Assembly: GCA_029907255.1 (NCBI GenBank)
Contig: JARYMF010000007.1
Coordinates: forward strand, 37,896 to 101,895
Length of the DNA stretch: 64,000 bases
Origin: Armatimonadota bacterium
GTDB lineage: Bacteria > Armatimonadota > UBA5829 > DTJY01
Direction of reading: 5' to 3'
Below the pieces are notes generated by a model that worked only from the letters and a program-made list of their open reading frames with translations, was not told where the DNA came from and made no database searches. Numbering within the stretch: position 1 is the stretch's first letter; every line of letters starts with the position of its first letter. This document shows positions 53,308 to 62,664 of the stretch, piece by piece. The position numbers and the translations under genes were made by a program.

Positions 53308-54573
53308 ATGTCAGCAGATAAACTAGCAATCAATGGTGGAACGCCTGTTAGAACAGCTCCATTTCCACCATGGCCCTATTTTTGGGATGATATGAAAGCT
53401 GCTGTAAAGGAAGTTCTGGATAGCGGAAAAGTCAACTATTGGACAGGCTTTCGCGGAATGGAGTTCCAGAAGCGATATGCTGATTACTGCGGAGTTAAGC
53501 ATGCAATAATGTTGAATTCTGGCACGAGTGCACTGCATGTAGCATATGCCGCCGCAGGAATTGGCCCCGGAGACGAAGTCATAGTTCCATCTTATACCTT
53601 TATTGCCACTGCAGCTGCTGTTTTGCACCAGAATGCTATCCCGATTTTCGCTGATGTCGAGGAAAAGACGTGGAACATTGATCCAAAGTCGGTTGAAGCC
53701 CTCATTACTGAGCGCACGAAGGCTATTGTGCCAGTTCATCTTCATGGTCATCCGGCAGACATGGACGCAATTAATGCAATTGCCGCAAAGCACGGATTAG
53801 TGGTGATAGAGGATGCCGCTCAGGCACACGGCGCTGAGTATAAGGGGAAGAAAATAGGTTCTCTTGGAGATTTGGCAGCATTCAGCTTTTGCCAGGACAA
53901 AATTATAACAACCGGCGGCGAAGGCGGGGCGGTGACTACTGACAACGATGATTATGCTGAAATTGCGCGCAGTTTCAAAGACCATGGTTATTGGGAAGAA
54001 GAGCGTAAGGACCTTCTCCAGATGGAGGCACTCTATCCATATATCCACCATCGGATGGGATTTAACTACCGCATGACTGAAATGCAAACAGTTATTGGAA
54101 TGGCGGCCCTTGAGCGTCTTGATGAATGGGTTGAAAAGCGACGGGCTAATGCTCATTTCCTAACTAAGCGGTTGTTAGAGATTCCACAGGTCGAGCCGCC
54201 GTATGAGTCTCCGGATGTAAAGCATGCGTTCTATAAGTATGCTTTCAAGATAAAACCTGAGATGCTGAATTGCACGCGAGACGAGTTCATCCATGCCCTA
54301 CGTGCTGAAGGCATTCCGTGTGTTGCTGGTGTTCCACCGGAAAACTACAAAGAAGAAGTTTTCCTAAAAATGGTTGGTTATGGAAATACCAAATGCCCGT
54401 TTAAGTGCCCGTGGTATAAAGGCAATGTAGATTACAGCAAGGTTGACTGCCCAACTGCACGAAGGATTGGCATGCAGACCATTTGGTTGTTAGTACATCC
54501 AACGATAGATGAGCAATGTCTTGAAGACATGGCAACAGCTGTCGCTAAGGTTGCGACGGCTTATGCGAAGTAA
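53308..54573 (+). CDS. DegT/DnrJ/EryC1/StrS-family PLP-dependent aminotransferase
   Basis: 421 aa. NSGTSALHVAYAAAGIGPGDEVIVPSYTFIATAAAV...SFCQDK (PLP-binding Lys). The long C-terminus has Cys pairs. Confidence 0.9.
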   Translation: MSADKLAINGGTPVRTAPFPPWPYFWDDMKAAVKEVLDSGKVNYWTGFRGMEFQKRYADYCGVKHAIMLNSGTSALHVAYAAAGIGPGDEVIVPSYTFIATAAAVLHQNAIPIFADVEEKTWNIDPKSVEALITERTKAIVPVHLHGHPADMDAINAIAAKHGLVVIEDAAQAHGAEYKGKKIGSLGDLAAFSFCQDKIITTGGEGGAVTTDNDDYAEIARSFKDHGYWEEERKDLLQMEALYPYIHHRMGFNYRMTEMQTVIGMAALERLDEWVEKRRANAHFLTKRLLEIPQVEPPYESPDVKHAFYKYAFKIKPEMLNCTRDEFIHALRAEGIPCVAGVPPENYKEEVFLKMVGYGNTKCPFKCPWYKGNVDYSKVDCPTARRIGMQTIWLLVHPTIDEQCLEDMATAVAKVATAYAK

Positions 54574-54587
54574 ATGGAGTTAAAAGA

Positions 54588-54616
54588 AGCGGGGGTTTAA
54601 CCCCCGCTATTTTTTA
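54588..54616 (+). terminator. Rho-independent terminator after the DegT gene
   Basis: agcggggg-tttaa-cccccgct followed by aTTTTTTaa. A second imperfect hairpin follows at 54618-54655. Confidence 0.7.
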
Positions 54617-54670
54617 AGCCGAAGCAAGCAAAAAATTTTAGTTGCTTTTCGGCTTGGGAGGTTGCCTGAT

Positions 54671-55687
54671 ATGGAAAGGAAACTTGGTGCTGCGGTATGG
54701 GGCGCCGGATGGGTATCTGGTGAACATATCAAAGCGTATAAGAACAATCCTCATTGCGAGGTAGTCGCCATTGGGAGCCGAAGGGCAGAGAGTGCGAAGG
54801 CAAAGGCGGCTGAGGCGAATGTTGAATGTACAATATACACCAACTATGATGAGCTACTGAAAGACAAGCGCGTGGATATTGTTTCTATCTGCACCCCAAA
54901 CGACCGCCATGCCATTGAGACAATCAAGGCGGCTGAAGCTGGCAAGCATATCCTTATCGAGAAGCCGGTTGCTCTGAATCTTGATGACTTAGTTAAGATG
55001 CGAGATGCTGTTCGAAAGGCCGGGGTGAAAACTGTCGTGAGTTTTGTTCTCCGATGGAATCCACTTTTTCAATGTATAAAGGGGTTGCAGAAGACTCCTG
55101 CGATTGGGCGCATCTTCTATGCTGAGGTGGATTATTGGCATCCTCTTGGCCGCTGGTATAAGGGATTTGATTGGGTAATTACCAAGGCGTCTGGCGGTAG
55201 CATGCTTTTAGCCGCAGGTTGTCATGCAGTTGATGCGATTAGGTATTTTGTTGAATCTGAGGTAGCGGAAGTAACAGCATATTCAAATAATATGGGGCCA
55301 TGCGAATATGATGCAAATATCGTTGTTGCCATGAAGTTCCAGAATGGTACAATTGGCAAGGTCTCAGCGAGTTGGGATGTCGCTTCGCCTTACATATTCA
55401 ACATTGAGCTATTGGGAGAGAATGGCACTATTCGAGACAACAAGCTTTTTTCAAAGGCACTCCTCCCTGGCCAAACAAAGTTTTTAGAGATTCCAACTAT
55501 TCTTCCCGACAGCGGTGACGTAACTCACCATCCGTTCCAGCCAGAAATTGACCATTTAGTTGAGTGCATTCTCACGGATAGGGAGTCTCACGTTAATCTA
55601 GACGATGCAGTAAAGACGCATGAAGTTTGCATAGCGGCTGATATCTCTGCGGCAGAAGGTCGTCCTGTTAAATTACCCCTGTTGTAA
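54671..55687 (+). CDS. Gfo/Idh/MocA-family NAD(P)-dependent oxidoreductase
   Basis: ATG at 54671 with GGGAGG 9 nt upstream. N-terminal Rossmann segment AAVWGAGWVSGEHIKAY. EKPVALNLDDL. Confidence 0.85.
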   Translation: MERKLGAAVWGAGWVSGEHIKAYKNNPHCEVVAIGSRRAESAKAKAAEANVECTIYTNYDELLKDKRVDIVSICTPNDRHAIETIKAAEAGKHILIEKPVALNLDDLVKMRDAVRKAGVKTVVSFVLRWNPLFQCIKGLQKTPAIGRIFYAEVDYWHPLGRWYKGFDWVITKASGGSMLLAAGCHAVDAIRYFVESEVAEVTAYSNNMGPCEYDANIVVAMKFQNGTIGKVSASWDVASPYIFNIELLGENGTIRDNKLFSKALLPGQTKFLEIPTILPDSGDVTHHPFQPEIDHLVECILTDRESHVNLDDAVKTHEVCIAADISAAEGRPVKLPLL

Positions 55688-56715
55688 TGGCCATGAAACA
55701 AGTATTCATTAATGGAGTTGGTGAAGTAGTTGTCAAAGAGGTTGAGGAACCGCCCCTCGTAGAAAATGGCATTTTGTGCCGAACAGCCTATTCTCTTATC
55801 AGCTCAGGAACGGAGACAATGGGTTTATTGGCACGGCGCAGGAACCCAGATCCAAATCGCTCCGACTCGAGTTTAGGATACTCGAATTCTGGCATTGTAG
55901 TTAGAGTCGGCTCGAACGTTACGGAGTTCTCTGTGGGGGACCGTGTCGGCAACTATGGAAGTCCCTCATGCTACGGCGGGCATGCTGAGGTTTGTTGTAT
56001 TGGCCGCAACCTTGCCGTAAAGCTTCCTGAAAACGTTGACCTTCGTGAGGCAGCGTTCACAGGTTTAGGGGGGATAGCTGTGCAAGCCTTGCGGCGGGCA
56101 AACTTAACTTTTGGCGAAACCGCCGTTGTGATGGGATTGGGGGTTCTTGGCCAGTTGATTGCCCGGATTAGCCATGCTGTGGGTTATCGAACCATGGCTA
56201 CAGATTTCATTAAAACTCGGCTGAGCATTGCGGAGTCAAATGGAATTCATGCGATAAACGCAAATGAAGATATTGTATCTGCGGTTATGGATTCAACGAA
56301 TGGGCAGGGGGCAGATGCCGTTTTAATTGTTGTAGCCTCCGAGTCTTCGGAGCCAATAACTCAAGCGCTTAAAATGATACGCTTTGGCGGCCGCATTGTC
56401 ATGGTTGGCGTGGCAAAGATGGAAATTGACCGCAATCTCTTCTTTGCAAAAGAGGCAGATTTTGTTATTTCACGTGCTGCTGGTCCAGGCAGATACGATC
56501 CAGTTTATGAACGTGATGGTGTGGACATGCCGTATCCATTTGTTAGATGGACCGAAGGAAGGAACCTCGGTGAGTTTATTCGCCTGGTGGCGGAGAAGCG
56601 CGTTCGAGTAGATGACCTCATTAGCCATGAATTTCCTGTTGAAGATGCGGCAAAAGCTTATGACCAGGTATTGAACCACCCGCAGGAAACGCTTGCGGTT
56701 TTGTTGAAGTATTAG
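55687..56715 (+). CDS. Medium-chain dehydrogenase/reductase without catalytic zinc ligands (BchC/sorbitol-DH-like)
   Basis: 342 aa. MDR fold with a GLGVLG NAD-binding motif. No GHE zinc motif. Start overlaps the previous stop (ATGA). Confidence 0.7.
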   Translation: MAMKQVFINGVGEVVVKEVEEPPLVENGILCRTAYSLISSGTETMGLLARRRNPDPNRSDSSLGYSNSGIVVRVGSNVTEFSVGDRVGNYGSPSCYGGHAEVCCIGRNLAVKLPENVDLREAAFTGLGGIAVQALRRANLTFGETAVVMGLGVLGQLIARISHAVGYRTMATDFIKTRLSIAESNGIHAINANEDIVSAVMDSTNGQGADAVLIVVASESSEPITQALKMIRFGGRIVMVGVAKMEIDRNLFFAKEADFVISRAAGPGRYDPVYERDGVDMPYPFVRWTEGRNLGEFIRLVAEKRVRVDDLISHEFPVEDAAKAYDQVLNHPQETLAVLLKY

Positions 56716-56717
56716 CA

Positions 56718-59264
56718 ATGTCAAGTAAAGTAAGGCAATTTCTTCTCCTCTTAAGCCAGAATGTGAAAAATCGAATATTGCTGGCGTTTGATTCTTGTCT
56801 AGTGAAAGATTTGTCGTTTATCAAGAAACTCTCGGTCGTACTGCTGTTGTGCTTTGCGATTGAGATTGCATACGCGAAGGCTGATAAGAAGGACCAGATT
56901 GTCCTAACTGTTCATCGTCTTCCACTCAAAGAAGCTAGAAGTGTTCCGGATAAAGCAAACTGGGCTATTGTCCAGCGCTTCATGGAGCTTCACCCAAATA
57001 TCAAGCTTGAGGGTTTCCGTGGGCTTACTGCGCCTGGACTCGATATGGAGGTCGGTCCTCTTCTTGCGATGGCAGGTGGGGTCGCTCCAGATGTACTCTA
57101 CGTCAATTTCCGTATCTCCGACAGCTACATCCAGCAAAAGTTCCTCTATCCTCTCGACGAGTATGTTGAAAAATGGGCGAAAGAGGAGAATTTGGATGAG
57201 TTAATTTACCCTCCTGTTTGGCAAGTAATCAAACGCAATGGTCACATCTGGGCGATTCCTTATCAGACTTATGTGATGACTCTACAATATCGCAAAGATT
57301 TGTTCCGCGAAGCTGGCCTTGACCCAGAAAGACCTCCCAGGAATTGGGATGAACTTTTTGAGTATGCTAAGAAGCTAACAATCCCTGAGAAAGGCCAATA
57401 TGGTATGGCGCTTTTTGCAGGTCCCCATTCGGCTTGGTGGTTTATAGATCTCCTATGGTCGGCAGGCGGTGAGGCAGTAGCCCAAGACGAAAACGGAAAT
57501 TGGCGTGCTGTTTTTAACGATGAGGCGGCAGTTACTGCTCTGAAGTTTTACCAGAAGCTCGGACGTGCTCGGTGGACAAGAAATGGCAAAACTTACCGCG
57601 GTGTGGCTTATCGCGATACAGATTACGGCAAACTTTGGCAGTTGGGCAAGATAGGTATGGTCTTCGGCTATATAAATGACCAAATGATTGCCAATGTCAA
57701 TCCAAATCTGATTGGCATTGCGCCGGTTCCCGTCGGTCCCACTGGTAAGCGCGGAAACGAGCTTAATTGCGCTATGATGGGTATCAACGCAACGGTCAAG
57801 GATAAGCGGGTGCGCGACGCCGCTTGGGAGTATATTAAGTTTTGGGCAAGCGATGAGGCAGCTCGAATAAGATGCAAAGTCTATGTTGAGTCGGGCTTTG
57901 CTCGGTTTATTGCACCTAAATATCTGAAGAAATACGGCTATACTCAATATCTTAAAGAGGTGCCGAAGGGCTGGTCAGAAACCCTTGAAGAGGCACTTCG
58001 CTCAGGGCGGCCTGAGCCGTATGGGCGTAACTGCGAGAACATCTATCAGGAGATGACACCGCCTCTTGATGCTGTATGGTTAAGCGACCGCACAGACTAT
58101 AAGAGGCTGCTCGATAATGCTGTTGCCCACTGCAATGAAAAGTTAATGGGTGTAGTTGACCCCAAAATACTAACAGTTAGGCGTCGTGTTGCATGGGTGG
58201 TTGTTATTGCTCTTTTTATTATCTTTTCGCTAGTGTTTCGCTTTGTAATTAAAAGCTTCAGCAAGGATTATGAATCCCCACACAAAATACCCGCAAAAGG
58301 GAAAAAGTCTCGTTGGGTGAAGTACAAGCGAACTGCTTTTGCGTTTTTGTTAATGTCTCCTGCCCTAATCTCAGTTGCACTGTGGGCATACTACCCTCTA
58401 CTTCGCGGCTCAGTGATGGCATTTCAAGATTATCGAATAGTGGCTGGCACTAGGTGGGTCGGACTAGATAATTTTAGCGAGGTCTTATTCACGCCGCAGG
58501 TATGGAAATCATTTTGGAACAGCTTTGTATTTATGCTTCTTTCCCTGGGCCTTGGATTCTTTAGCCCAATTGTTTTAGCACTAATGCTTCACGAAGTACC
58601 AAAAGGCAAGATGCTCTTCCGAACGCTGTATTACCTGCCCGCGGTAACAACAGGTCTTGTGATTATGTTTTTATGGAAATTCTTTTACAATCCAAGTCCA
58701 GCTGGGTTGCTAAACCAGCTTTTGCTTAATATAAACGACTACGTCATAAAACATCTGAACTCTGCTATGGCGATTATGCATATCCCTGCCAGAATCCCAT
58801 TGTTCGAACCGTTGACTTGGTTGCAAGATCCAAGGCTCGCAATGTTGTGTGTTGTACTCCCGATTATATGGGCGCATGTCGGGCCAGGGTGCATCATTTA
58901 TCTTGCCGCGTTGAAAAGCGTGCCTGAAGACGTATATGAAGCTGCTGACCTCGATGGAGCAGGGGTGCTCCAAAAAATTAGGCATATCACAATCCCATAT
59001 TTAAGGCCATTGATTATTATCAACTTTGTTGGTGCGTTTATACACGCATTTCGGTCATTCGATTTCATATTTGTAATGACAGGCGGCGGCCCAATGCATG
59101 CTACACATGTCGCTGGGCTAGAAATTTGGTATAACGCTTTTCTTTACCTAAAATTCGGATACGCAGTTGCAATGGCTTGGCTGATGGGATCATTTCTTGT
59201 AGGGTTTACGGTTTTTCAGTTGAGAATTCTTTCGCGTCTCCAATTCAAGACCGCAGGCGCATGA
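56718..59264 (+). CDS. ABC importer subunit: family-1 solute-binding domain fused to a MalF/UgpA-type permease
   Basis: 848 aa. N-terminal signal/TM segment. An SBP_bac_1 domain spans roughly aa 55-470. A six-TM permease follows, with EAA loop EAADLDGAGVLQKIRHITIPYLRP. Confidence 0.75.
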   Translation: MSSKVRQFLLLLSQNVKNRILLAFDSCLVKDLSFIKKLSVVLLLCFAIEIAYAKADKKDQIVLTVHRLPLKEARSVPDKANWAIVQRFMELHPNIKLEGFRGLTAPGLDMEVGPLLAMAGGVAPDVLYVNFRISDSYIQQKFLYPLDEYVEKWAKEENLDELIYPPVWQVIKRNGHIWAIPYQTYVMTLQYRKDLFREAGLDPERPPRNWDELFEYAKKLTIPEKGQYGMALFAGPHSAWWFIDLLWSAGGEAVAQDENGNWRAVFNDEAAVTALKFYQKLGRARWTRNGKTYRGVAYRDTDYGKLWQLGKIGMVFGYINDQMIANVNPNLIGIAPVPVGPTGKRGNELNCAMMGINATVKDKRVRDAAWEYIKFWASDEAARIRCKVYVESGFARFIAPKYLKKYGYTQYLKEVPKGWSETLEEALRSGRPEPYGRNCENIYQEMTPPLDAVWLSDRTDYKRLLDNAVAHCNEKLMGVVDPKILTVRRRVAWVVVIALFIIFSLVFRFVIKSFSKDYESPHKIPAKGKKSRWVKYKRTAFAFLLMSPALISVALWAYYPLLRGSVMAFQDYRIVAGTRWVGLDNFSEVLFTPQVWKSFWNSFVFMLLSLGLGFFSPIVLALMLHEVPKGKMLFRTLYYLPAVTTGLVIMFLWKFFYNPSPAGLLNQLLLNINDYVIKHLNSAMAIMHIPARIPLFEPLTWLQDPRLAMLCVVLPIIWAHVGPGCIIYLAALKSVPEDVYEAADLDGAGVLQKIRHITIPYLRPLIIINFVGAFIHAFRSFDFIFVMTGGGPMHATHVAGLEIWYNAFLYLKFGYAVAMAWLMGSFLVGFTVFQLRILSRLQFKTAGA

Positions 59265-59336
59265 GAAATATTCGTTGTTATTTGCTAATTGGCAATCATT
59301 CAGTTTAGCAACTGATGTTAGTAGAGGCTCTTCCAT

Positions 59337-61190
59337 ATGCCTATCATCACTGTTGTTGGTAGAAAACAGAGAAAGATTCGCATACTTATAGCCGCACTTT
59401 ATATAATACTCTCGGCTGGAGCGGTAACGATGGTCTACCCTTTCTTGCTGATGGTTTCGACTTCGTTTACTAGCCCAGTCGACCAAAACCAATTTCGAAT
59501 TATTCCGCGCTATTTTTATTCAGATGATGAGCTCTACCGCAAATATGTCGAAGCGAAGTATGGCGAGGAAATCGTTAAATATAACGCTTGGCTTGGCGAA
59601 GACCTTTCAACATTCGAGGAACTTCAGCCACCTAAGAGTGTAAACCGCCAGTTTGTGGAAGAATGGCGGCAATTTAAGGACTCACTCCCAATTGACCATA
59701 TGATGCTTGCCCACTCGTTTTCGCTTTCCAGAATAACGCCCGAGATAGTCTATAAATACAGAAACTTCTTGAAAGAAAAGTTTCATGGTGATTTGGAAAA
59801 GCTCAATAAAACCTATATCGAGGCAAACGAGACTTGGATGGAAGTTCAGATGCCTGTCGAGGATTGGACTCAGCGCAATTTTATACCAGAGCAAACCAAA
59901 AAATATTGGGAGTTTTTGAAATTTAAAAAGTCACAAGAGCCACGTTATTTAATTACGGTATCGGTCGACGGTCTTTTCCAAGAACACCTGAGGTTGAGCT
60001 GTGGTGATATAAATACCATCAACAAAGCGCTTGGCAGCCATTATAAAAAGCGCGCGGATATCCATCTAACTGCTCGGGTTCCAAACTCACCCATGGCGGA
60101 CGAATGGGAAAGCTTTGTCAGAAAAGAATGTCCTGTCCATTTTATCCGAATGGATGCCGAGGCTACGCCGCTATTCCAAAGTTTTTTAAGGAAAAAATAT
60201 GGAACAATTGCTTATCTTAGTAAAGCATACAGAACCAATTTGAGTTCGTTTGGACAGGTAAGTCTTCCTCAGAAGCCGCCCAAGAGCGGCATGCTGCTGG
60301 TAGACTGGATTGAGTTCCTCCAGAGTGCTGTTCCAATCAAGATGGTGGAACTTCAGTCGCCAGAGGTGCTTTTTAGAACTCACCTAGCTCGTAAGTTTGG
60401 GACAATCGAAAAGATGAATCAGGCACTGGGCACTAGGTTTGCTTCTTTCCAAGCTGTTGCGCCACCCTATGCTGAAAACGACTTTGTTGAGCTTTTAGAA
60501 AACACAGGTGCAATTCGCCGCGAATTCATCGTCCGCAACTATCGTGAGGTTATTGATTATATAGCGCTTCATGGTAGGGCTCTCATTAATACGGCAATTC
60601 TGTGCATTGCATTAGTGCTAACAACTTTGACCGTCAATCCGCTCTGCGCCTATGCACTTTCGCGTTTTAACCTCAAATCTACATACAAAATTTTGCTTTT
60701 CTTGCTGGCTACAATGGCGTTCCCAGCAGAGGTTAGTGCAATCCCGAGCTTCCTGCTTATCAAGGAGCTTCACCTGCTGGGCACCTATTGGGCGATAATA
60801 TTGCCTGGCTTGGCAAATGGATACTCGATTTTCTTGCTCAAGGGATTTTTTGATAGTTTGCCAAAGGAACTTTATGAAGCCGCTGTGATGGATGGGGCTA
60901 CTGAGATGCAAATGTATCGAAAAATTACCTTGCAGCTGTCAAAGCCAGTACTGGCGGTGATAGCTCTCGGAGCATTCACAGCCGCATACGGTTCGTTTAT
61001 GTGGGCTTTCCTCGTATTGCAAAATCCCAAAATGTGGACACTGATGGTTTGGCTATATCAAATGCAGATTTGGGCGCCTCAGTTTTTGGTCTATGCGGGG
61101 CTGGTGCTGGCCGCAATCCCGACATTACTCGTTTTCATTTTCTGCCAAAATATAATAATGAGGGGAATAATTGTTCCTTCCGAGAAATAA
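59337..61190 (+). CDS. ABC importer MalG/UgpE-type permease with a ~370-aa periplasmic insertion after TM1
   Basis: 617 aa. TM1 with YPFLLMVSTSF. A large soluble domain follows. Then TMs with EAA loop EAAVMDGATEMQMYRKITLQLSKP. Confidence 0.75.
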   Translation: MPIITVVGRKQRKIRILIAALYIILSAGAVTMVYPFLLMVSTSFTSPVDQNQFRIIPRYFYSDDELYRKYVEAKYGEEIVKYNAWLGEDLSTFEELQPPKSVNRQFVEEWRQFKDSLPIDHMMLAHSFSLSRITPEIVYKYRNFLKEKFHGDLEKLNKTYIEANETWMEVQMPVEDWTQRNFIPEQTKKYWEFLKFKKSQEPRYLITVSVDGLFQEHLRLSCGDINTINKALGSHYKKRADIHLTARVPNSPMADEWESFVRKECPVHFIRMDAEATPLFQSFLRKKYGTIAYLSKAYRTNLSSFGQVSLPQKPPKSGMLLVDWIEFLQSAVPIKMVELQSPEVLFRTHLARKFGTIEKMNQALGTRFASFQAVAPPYAENDFVELLENTGAIRREFIVRNYREVIDYIALHGRALINTAILCIALVLTTLTVNPLCAYALSRFNLKSTYKILLFLLATMAFPAEVSAIPSFLLIKELHLLGTYWAIILPGLANGYSIFLLKGFFDSLPKELYEAAVMDGATEMQMYRKITLQLSKPVLAVIALGAFTAAYGSFMWAFLVLQNPKMWTLMVWLYQMQIWAPQFLVYAGLVLAAIPTLLVFIFCQNIIMRGIIVPSEK

Positions 61191-61237
61191 TATGATAAGC
61201 CTTGATTGTTTAATTTACTTGTATTTAGAGAGCTATT

Positions 61238-62254
61238 ATGCCTTTTAAACTACGCACTGGCAAGCTGCCACATAACCTACTCGCAAAGATGTTGTCTAAG
61301 ATTGACCTAGATGAACGGGTTGTCGTTGGTCCGGCGGTTGGAGTAGATGCGGCAGTAATTGATTACGGCAACCGATTGCTTGTAACAAAGACCGACCCAA
61401 TTACCTTCGCCACTGATTTAATTGGTTGGTATGCGGTAAATATCAATGCAAACGACATCGCAGTGATGGGCGCTATACCAAAGTGGATGTTGGCGACCGT
61501 CCTTCTTCCCGTAGGTGTTTCATCGGAGACTGTAGAGCAAATTTTTAATCAAATACTTTCGGCGTGTGAAGAATTGCAGATAAGTGTTATTGGGGGTCAC
61601 ACCGAGATAACACATGACCTTAGTCGCCCAATCGTCGTAGGTTGCATGCTAGGTGAAACTGACCGATCAAGTTTAGTTACTAGCTCGGGTGCCAAAGTAG
61701 GTGATGACATAATAATCACAAAAGGTATTGCAATCGAAGGAACGGCAATTTTAGCACGCGAAGCATACGACCGACTTAGGGAGATGTGGTTTACTAAACA
61801 GTTTCTGAAACGAGCTGCCAACTTTCTTTTTGACCCAGGTATTAGCGTGGTGAAAGACGCGAGGATTGCAGTAGAATCGGTCAAGGTGAACGCAATGCAT
61901 GACCCGACGGAAGGAGGACTTGCTACTGGTTTGATGGAGATAGCACAAGCGTCGGGACTCGGAATCGAAATCGAAAAAGATGCCATTCCAGTGATACCCG
62001 AAACGCAAAGCCTTTGTCGCGAATTGGGTCTCGACCCGCTTGGTTTGATTGCGTCTGGCTGTCTAATCCTTACAGTTTCTCCTTCCGATACTCCGCGTCT
62101 TCTCGATGCCTTTGGACAGGCGGGAATACGAGCCAATGTGATTGGGAAAATGATGCCAAAAGAACACGGCTTAAAAATGCGTACTCCCAGCGGCGTTGTT
62201 GATTTGCCTTCATTTGCAAGAGATGAAATAGCTCGATTTTTCGAGGAGATGTGA
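61238..62254 (+). CDS. AIR-synthase-related (PurM/HypE/ThiL superfamily) ATP-binding protein
   Basis: 338 aa. VGVDAAVIDYGNRLLVTKTDPITFATD...NINANDIAVMGAIPKW...ISVIGGHTE. Confidence 0.6.
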   Translation: MPFKLRTGKLPHNLLAKMLSKIDLDERVVVGPAVGVDAAVIDYGNRLLVTKTDPITFATDLIGWYAVNINANDIAVMGAIPKWMLATVLLPVGVSSETVEQIFNQILSACEELQISVIGGHTEITHDLSRPIVVGCMLGETDRSSLVTSSGAKVGDDIIITKGIAIEGTAILAREAYDRLREMWFTKQFLKRAANFLFDPGISVVKDARIAVESVKVNAMHDPTEGGLATGLMEIAQASGLGIEIEKDAIPVIPETQSLCRELGLDPLGLIASGCLILTVSPSDTPRLLDAFGQAGIRANVIGKMMPKEHGLKMRTPSGVVDLPSFARDEIARFFEEM

Positions 62255-62357
62255 AAATCTATTTAAAGCCACGGTGTTCTTCAATTCTTGCATGCAACCT
62301 CTGGAAGTCGCAAATGTTGCCTTCCTTTTTGGCCAAAAAGACTGCGCAATTGCTTAA

Positions 62358-62552
62358 TTACTTGTATATTTGCGCAAATCTTTTGAACGAACGGTCCCAA
62401 GTCTTTTCGACGTCATCCGGGAATGCGCAAGCCGGGAGCTGGTTATTGCTTAGGTGATAGCGCAGGCACTCACAGCAATTTCCTTTTCGTGAACAACTTG
62501 GGTAGCTACAATTGCAGAATTCAAGGTTGGTACTCATTTTGGGGCAAGACAT
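62358..62552 (-). CDS. Small Cys-rich protein, hypothetical
   Basis: 64 aa with 8 Cys (CPK...CNCSYPSCSRKGNCCEC...C). AGGAGG lies 10 nt upstream of the ATG. Confidence 0.35.
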   Translation of the reverse strand: MSCPKMSTNLEFCNCSYPSCSRKGNCCECLRYHLSNNQLPACAFPDDVEKTWDRSFKRFAQIYK

Positions 62553-62664
62553 ATTATAAAAACCTCCTAATTCGATATTGGCAGGCTAATTCTACCAAAA
62601 GGTTGCCCAATGTACAATATTCCTTCCGCTTTCTTCAAAGGTTATTCTTCTGGGAATGGTGTTT

